Origin: Amphiscolops sp. MND2022
Lineage: Eukaryota
DNA: 64,000 bases
Direction: 5' to 3'
NCBI GenBank assembly: GCA_964187785.1
Contig: OZ076414.1
Location: 11,346,001 to 11,410,000 of the forward strand
Below the pieces are notes generated by a model. That model was not told the DNA's origin. It made no database searches and worked only from the letters and a program-made list of their open reading frames with translations. Below, piece by piece: positions 59,038 through 64,000 of this stretch. Positions within the stretch are counted from its first letter, which is position 1. The number at the start of each line of letters is the position of its first letter. A program made the position numbers and the translations under genes.

Positions 59038-60518
59038 TGTAACGATAAGCGCTGGCGCTTGAACCGCAACGTAGAGTGGAGGAACTAGAACAGCGAATAT
59101 AATCCGGGACTTAGATCTCCGCGGCCCTAGCTCATTTTCCCTCCGAAGGAGCCAGTCCCAAGGTGGGGGAACCGTCTTGTTGGAAACTCTCTGGCCTGGT
59201 CCTAGTCTGTAACTGCTAAGAGTAACGGGCATCTTGCATGTCTCAAGACCACTGCTCAATTAGCCTTTAAAAAGGGGGCTGAAAACAGGAGGATGTTGAG
59301 CCATAGTATTGGAGAATCTGATAAAATCGACATCAAAAAAGGTAACTACAGATGCAAATGGGCAGCTCTCGAGCATATCAATCTACTACAACAAGGAAAG
59401 CACGATAAGCATAACAGTATCAGAAGTTTGAGTTATTTAACAGGAGCGAATCGACCATGGCTTCCCAGCGCTAGCGCTCGTCACCGCACCGGACACCGCA
59501 GGATCTTCAGGCGAGCATCTGGAACACCGGTTTCTGTTACCTACGTAGTGTAAACGCCAAAGATGGGCACATCACCGTGTTCTCGGGACTGATTTCTACG
59601 TCTTCTCTTCTCGTCGTCTCTCGCGGGGGGCGATTTCTGATTTCTGATCTACTTTTCTGACAGGTCTTTCGTCTGGAGCATGTTTGAGTGCCACGTCAGG
59701 TTTGAACGAATTTTTGCTTCGAAAATTTTGACATGGGCAGTTGCCGTTACATCACTCCCCGGGCTTCTGACTTGTCGTCCCTGGCAAGCGGCATCTGGCC
59801 TCGTCTGGAAACGGCATCGCAGTGACTGCTGGGAACCATCATCCACACCACAGGGGACAAGGACGAGTCCTTGTTTTTCAGCAACTATTTTTGGCAAATT
59901 TCGCGGTTTTTTTCAAGGAAAATTTTACTGCCTAGTATTTTTTACAAAAATGCAAACGAGGTTTTAGCACCAGCTCGAGAGCTAAGGTTTTCAGTTGGTT
60001 AAAACTCGTTTGGGCAAGCAGTTTTCGCTAAAAACTCTTTTGCGACCAAGGTCAGCTAAAATCTCCTTTTTTGTGCAACTAGACATTTACAGTTTTCGGT
60101 CAATTTCGGGCAACGTAAAACTTCTTTTGGGAGGGCGCCGCTCCGGCTACTCCTTAAACAGTCGATAGAAGATGCTTGAACACCAAACACAAGGAAAAAC
60201 GGCAAAATAGTAACTAAAAGGCTAAGACTTTTTCTTGACTATGGCAACTCAAAAACACCGCAAACGGTGCGCAACAGAAACAACAGTTTTTCTTTGGTAA
60301 TTCTTTTTTACTTTTGTAGGCGAAGCAGCTGGGGCAGGCGCACTCTATTGGCCGTACACCCAGCGCATTACTAACAGTACAGTAACTAAGTAATAACTAT
60401 AAACAAAAAATTGCACCATGTACGGGTAGCACCGGTTAAAACGATAAGTTTGAAGGCACAGTTTCGGCAGAGTTTAGAGTCTATAGGGAGCGCGAACGCT
60501 CCCATTGGCGGCAGGGGT

Positions 60519-62096
60519 TTATTGGGCTGAGCTGCGTCGAGCTCGATTCTTTATGGCATCATCGGGAGTTCCTGGATTGCTGGCATCTTCCGAAGCAACT
60601 GACGCTCTACGTTGAGCAGGAACCACAGTAACTACTGTTTCCGAGTCTGATAGGTCTTCTGGGAGCGTTAAATCGGCGATCGGCTGCACCAGGATGGTGT
60701 TGGGGGTCAGTTCAGCGGCGTGTTCTCCGGTTTGGGGTTGCGATGACTGAGGACTGGCCTGTGTCGACGGTGGACTCACAGGCTCTGGCTGACGAATATG
60801 AGTAGGCAGATCCAGAGTCACGGGCCGGTCGATGGGCTGACTTAGTGACATGGCCATTGTGGGTGCCAGCATGGCAGGCGCGAACGCCTGTTGTCTCTCG
60901 AGTTCAGCTCTACTCTCCACGGCCAAGGATATTCGTTTGGAGACCCAGCCAGGCTGACTCCAGAGCTCGCAAGCTCGCTTCCATTTTGGGAAGCTGGCAA
61001 TCTCCAGCTCCAAGCAATGTCCTTCCCACTCTGCGCGGGCTTCGGGGCCTAGCACGGAATTGATCTCATCGTGCTGGACGATGGACATATCCCCTGACAT
61101 CGTCATCTTGGCCTGCGGTCTCCAGGCAGCTCTCCTAGGGAACGGAGTCACGCGGCTTTGCAGGTTCCTCTGACGAGTCTGAGCTGCTCCTTCAATCCAG
61201 TTTGGGATTTGAGCCAATTCCATATACTGGATTTGTCGATTGAAAGCTTCAGGGGCGCGACCAACGGGTTTTGCTCTGGGCCATCCCAGTGGCTCCTTCC
61301 AGTAGTGATTTGGGAAGGTGATGCATTTGAAGGCGTACAGGGGATCTATTGGTGGACCAGCACTAGTGCTGGCACGGATCACCTTGCGTATAAACTCCTG
61401 CGACCAAGGGAATCTAAAGGGGACTCCATTCAGGCTGAGAGGCGCGGAGTACCAGTTGACTGGGCCGTATTCTCGTGGCAACGGGCACGCCTTTCGTGTG
61501 CGAGCACGCAATAGACCCATCAAATTCTCTTCCAGCTGTTTCTCCGACTTCAAGGTGGTGTACCCATGCGGCATCTCGCCACTCAATACAGCCTGCACGA
61601 TTCGCTGATAGGTCAGTGGGGGGCGTCCTTGGAGATAGGTGCAGAAGGAGACCATGTGCACCTGCACTGCTCTCGCCAATGGTTTGGTGGGATACCGGCA
61701 CATACCGACCGCACCGAAGATTGGAGCCAGGACGGAAGCCATAACGGCCACGAAGTCCTCCACTTCGGCCAGAGTCAAATCGGCGATTTGCTGGGGCATC
61801 GGGAATCCCGCCGTTTCCGCAGGGAGTTGACGCTCGGAATTGTGGAGGGGTTGCGATTGATCCACGCCTACGAACAAGCCAGAGGCGAACACTAGGGTGG
61901 AATACAACCAATGTTGGAGGGACGCACGCATGCGTTCCAGCTGGGTGACATAATCTTGCTGGTCCTTGGTATTTAGGAGGTGACCCCATCGAGTTAGGCT
62001 GCGTAGCTGTCCCTGCGCGAGGATCAGGTAGCTGTAAAAGGTGACTAGATCACTGGATACTACCAGCTCGACTAACAGCCAGGGGACCTGCCACAA
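60519..62096 (-). CDS. Retroelement accessory ORF, C-terminal part (unknown function, Pro/Ser/Gln-rich tail)
   Basis: 525-aa ORF overlapping the end of the upstream ORF by 47 nt; probably one ORF split by a frameshift near 62085. Confidence 0.7.
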   Translation of the reverse strand: MWQVPWLLVELVVSSDLVTFYSYLILAQGQLRSLTRWGHLLNTKDQQDYVTQLERMRASLQHWLYSTLVFASGLFVGVDQSQPLHNSERQLPAETAGFPMPQQIADLTLAEVEDFVAVMASVLAPIFGAVGMCRYPTKPLARAVQVHMVSFCTYLQGRPPLTYQRIVQAVLSGEMPHGYTTLKSEKQLEENLMGLLRARTRKACPLPREYGPVNWYSAPLSLNGVPFRFPWSQEFIRKVIRASTSAGPPIDPLYAFKCITFPNHYWKEPLGWPRAKPVGRAPEAFNRQIQYMELAQIPNWIEGAAQTRQRNLQSRVTPFPRRAAWRPQAKMTMSGDMSIVQHDEINSVLGPEARAEWEGHCLELEIASFPKWKRACELWSQPGWVSKRISLAVESRAELERQQAFAPAMLAPTMAMSLSQPIDRPVTLDLPTHIRQPEPVSPPSTQASPQSSQPQTGEHAAELTPNTILVQPIADLTLPEDLSDSETVVTVVPAQRRASVASEDASNPGTPDDAIKNRARRSSAQ

Positions 62097-64000
62097 ACTT
62101 CGTTGGGCCCATGGTTAGCGCGAGCGCTAACATCTCTCCTACAGTAGTTTCGCCGATGGTTTCCAACAATTTGTCAGTCTGCACATTGGTGAGCAAGTAC
62201 TCAAAGGCTATTACGTCGATGTTCCAGCCTAGTCCGAGACTGGTGCAAAAGGCTTCCAAGGGACAGTTAAGCTCTTGAGCTACCTCGGCCAAGGTCCTGT
62301 CCACGAATCTGCACTGATACCATTCGGCATATGTTAATCCGGCGGCATCTACTTCAGTCTTCAAGTTGGTCGCCTCTACAGCCACGACGTACCTCATGCC
62401 CACGGGCAACTTGACAGGCTCTATTCCCGCGGCAAACCTAATTTGGGGAATGGTCCTTTCGACCGTGCGTGTGGCAGGCCATGTTTCAATTTCCTTCACG
62501 AGCTCTGCCAGCTCTGCTCGTACGGGAATTTCTTTGTCTTTCCGCACCAACCAGTTGTATCGTCGAACGGCCTCTCGCTCACTCATGTTAGATGCTCGCA
62601 TGACGCGATTCCCGTCCAAGTCGAAGGCCATTCGCCCCATACACATTCCATGATCGAACAGTATGGCGTCGTCGATAGTCAGTTGTGCATTTCCCGATCG
62701 TTCCACAGCGATTAGCACTCTTGATACAGCAGCGAAGAAGGCGGGGTATGACAATGCATCGGGGCGTAGGTCTCCGCGATCAACCCGAAGATTTGGCGCA
62801 CATATAGCAAACTCGATTCGGCGCGCCTTGCATACCTCAGACAAGATGTACACAAACTGCTGCAAGCTTCGTTGCCAATACATGAATCCCGGCGGGGATG
62901 TGAAGAGCGCGAGCGCTCCCAGACGACCCCGAAGGATCCCTGCTGCACGCTCCATCGCGTCCGCAACCACGTTTACTAAGGTCGCCACATTCCCAGGTCT
63001 ACGGGTATCTGCCATGAGGGCATCCAGGTTGTGTAGCAGTCCTTCACAAGCCATGTGGTCGATCAAGTTGGTGAGGACTACACGTCGCGGGGGCGGCTCT
63101 CTTAGGGACCCTCTCAGATTTGGGTCGTACATAACCGCGACCATCTCTGCGACCTCGGCGAAGCGGGAGAGTGGCATTGTCAACACCAGCACATCGGGCA
63201 GAAGGTTATCGATGGGCAGATCACTCTTGAATGTCGAATCTACCGCTACACAATAGCGCGCACGCTGCAGAGCTGCTTTCAGGAGGGGCTTCATCGACCT
63301 GATATTGCGAGCGTAGCGGGCGTTTGCTTCCCAGGTTTCTCCTTCGTGCAATATGTACCTGGCGGGAAATTGCTCGGTGAGGTCATGCTGTAGGCGAGCC
63401 ATGTAGTTGTTGGGTGTGGCGGGCAGTTGCTCTCGAGCACGCTGTTCCCAGGCTTGCTCACTTAGGTCCGCATCACGGGCACGTAGCGATCGAGTTATTT
63501 GAGCGGCAATGGTGATTCTGCTCACCTCTCTTTGCTCGGCGTCCGACGGCGGTGCTCTCCTTCTAATCGCACATGTGTTCGGGTGCAAACACTCTGCTGC
63601 CATCCAGATGCGTTTGCTATCGCTAGTTACCACGGAGCCGGATACATCATCTGACGGGGGAAGAAAGGCGGGAGGACTGGTCTCTTCGACTGTCTCGGGC
63701 ACCTCCAGGGACATGTTGGCAGAGCCTGTGCCCAAGGGCACAGGACTCGTTTCAGGATTCGCATCCACACTGCTGTAGCGGTTAATGGCCTCTTCCAGGG
63801 ACATTTGAGGCGCGCCTACGCCTAGGTGGCCGACGCGATATGGAGGCCTCACGACCACTACACTCTTCATTTGCGATTGCTGGGGTACATCTGCTCGCTT
63901 GTCCGGAGGAGGACGACTGGTCGGACTGTCGGTCACGGAATTATGGCGTGTAGCGATGATGTTTTCCTCAGTAAGTCTCTTCTGTCCAGTTTCCTCACGG
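62050..64000 (-). CDS. Retroelement accessory ORF with a putative inactive SGNH/GDSL-like domain; open at the window edge
   Basis: 628-aa ORF whose frame stays open to 64000 (REETGQKRLTEENII...). SGNH-block-like spacing: CVAVDST, RRVVLTNLIDH, LFTSPPG, GDLRPDALSY. Confidence 0.7.
   Translation of the reverse strand, partial: REETGQKRLTEENIIATRHNSVTDSPTSRPPPDKRADVPQQSQMKSVVVVRPPYRVGHLGVGAPQMSLEEAINRYSSVDANPETSPVPLGTGSANMSLEVPETVEETSPPAFLPPSDDVSGSVVTSDSKRIWMAAECLHPNTCAIRRRAPPSDAEQREVSRITIAAQITRSLRARDADLSEQAWEQRAREQLPATPNNYMARLQHDLTEQFPARYILHEGETWEANARYARNIRSMKPLLKAALQRARYCVAVDSTFKSDLPIDNLLPDVLVLTMPLSRFAEVAEMVAVMYDPNLRGSLREPPPRRVVLTNLIDHMACEGLLHNLDALMADTRRPGNVATLVNVVADAMERAAGILRGRLGALALFTSPPGFMYWQRSLQQFVYILSEVCKARRIEFAICAPNLRVDRGDLRPDALSYPAFFAAVSRVLIAVERSGNAQLTIDDAILFDHGMCMGRMAFDLDGNRVMRASNMSEREAVRRYNWLVRKDKEIPVRAELAELVKEIETWPATRTVERTIPQIRFAAGIEPVKLPVGMRYVVAVEATNLKTEVDAAGLTYAEWYQCRFVDRTLAEVAQELNCPLEAFCTSLGLGWNIDVIAFEYLLTNVQTDKLLETIGETTVGEMLALALTMGPTKFVAGPLAVSRAGSIQ

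Larger units (their letters stand above)
59038..64000 (-). mobile_element. 3' part of an LTR retrotransposon (probably Gypsy-like): 3' LTR 59038-59751, PPT and long accessory ORF; continues beyond the window
   Basis: TGTAACG...CGTTACA inverted LTR ends; on the minus strand the PPT cccggggagtga directly precedes the LTR. The two long ORFs are in the same orientation. No RT/IN is visible in the window, so the superfamily is inferred. Confidence 0.8.

Noticed and set aside
60845-63778. Plus-strand ORFs of 70-200 aa opposite the retroelement accessory ORFs (also those opposite BEL pol, the lectin and perilipin)
   Set aside because: Antisense shadows of GC-richer coding sequence with no recognisable motifs.

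Overview
AT-rich, repeat-dense animal genomic DNA with spliceosomal introns and a 200-N scaffold gap (40046-40245); nothing looks prokaryotic and there is no CRISPR array. The repeat families remind me of acoel flatworm genomes, but that is unverified recollection. Host genes supported by reading the sequence: a decayed LRR-containing GPCR (LGR-like) pseudogene (1-1850, -), an intronless PAN/Apple + C-type lectin gene (13042-14013, +), a four-exon CUB-LDLa-TM receptor gene (21635->17033, -), a two-exon perilipin gene (26492->24513, -), a multi-exon class A GPCR (49176->43795, -) and the last exon(s) of a Cys-loop (nAChR-like) channel (57226->56840, -). Mobile elements: a 5'-deleted BEL/Pao element with near-intact pol (7776-11783), a 1.6-kb solo LTR with a 5-bp TSD (18584-20211), two decayed Gypsy elements (28100-32365 -, and 34795-39003 + with both LTRs and TSD), an internally deleted Tc1 element with both TIRs (33096-33633), a CR1-like LINE (about 39979-43080, -), several MITE families, and the 3' part of an LTR element (59038-64000, -). 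Most worth following up: that last element's long ORF with an apparently inactive SGNH/OSK-like domain, tRNA-like Pol III cassettes inside BEL-type LTRs, and a solo LTR that encodes about 185 codons of a gag-like ORF within itself.
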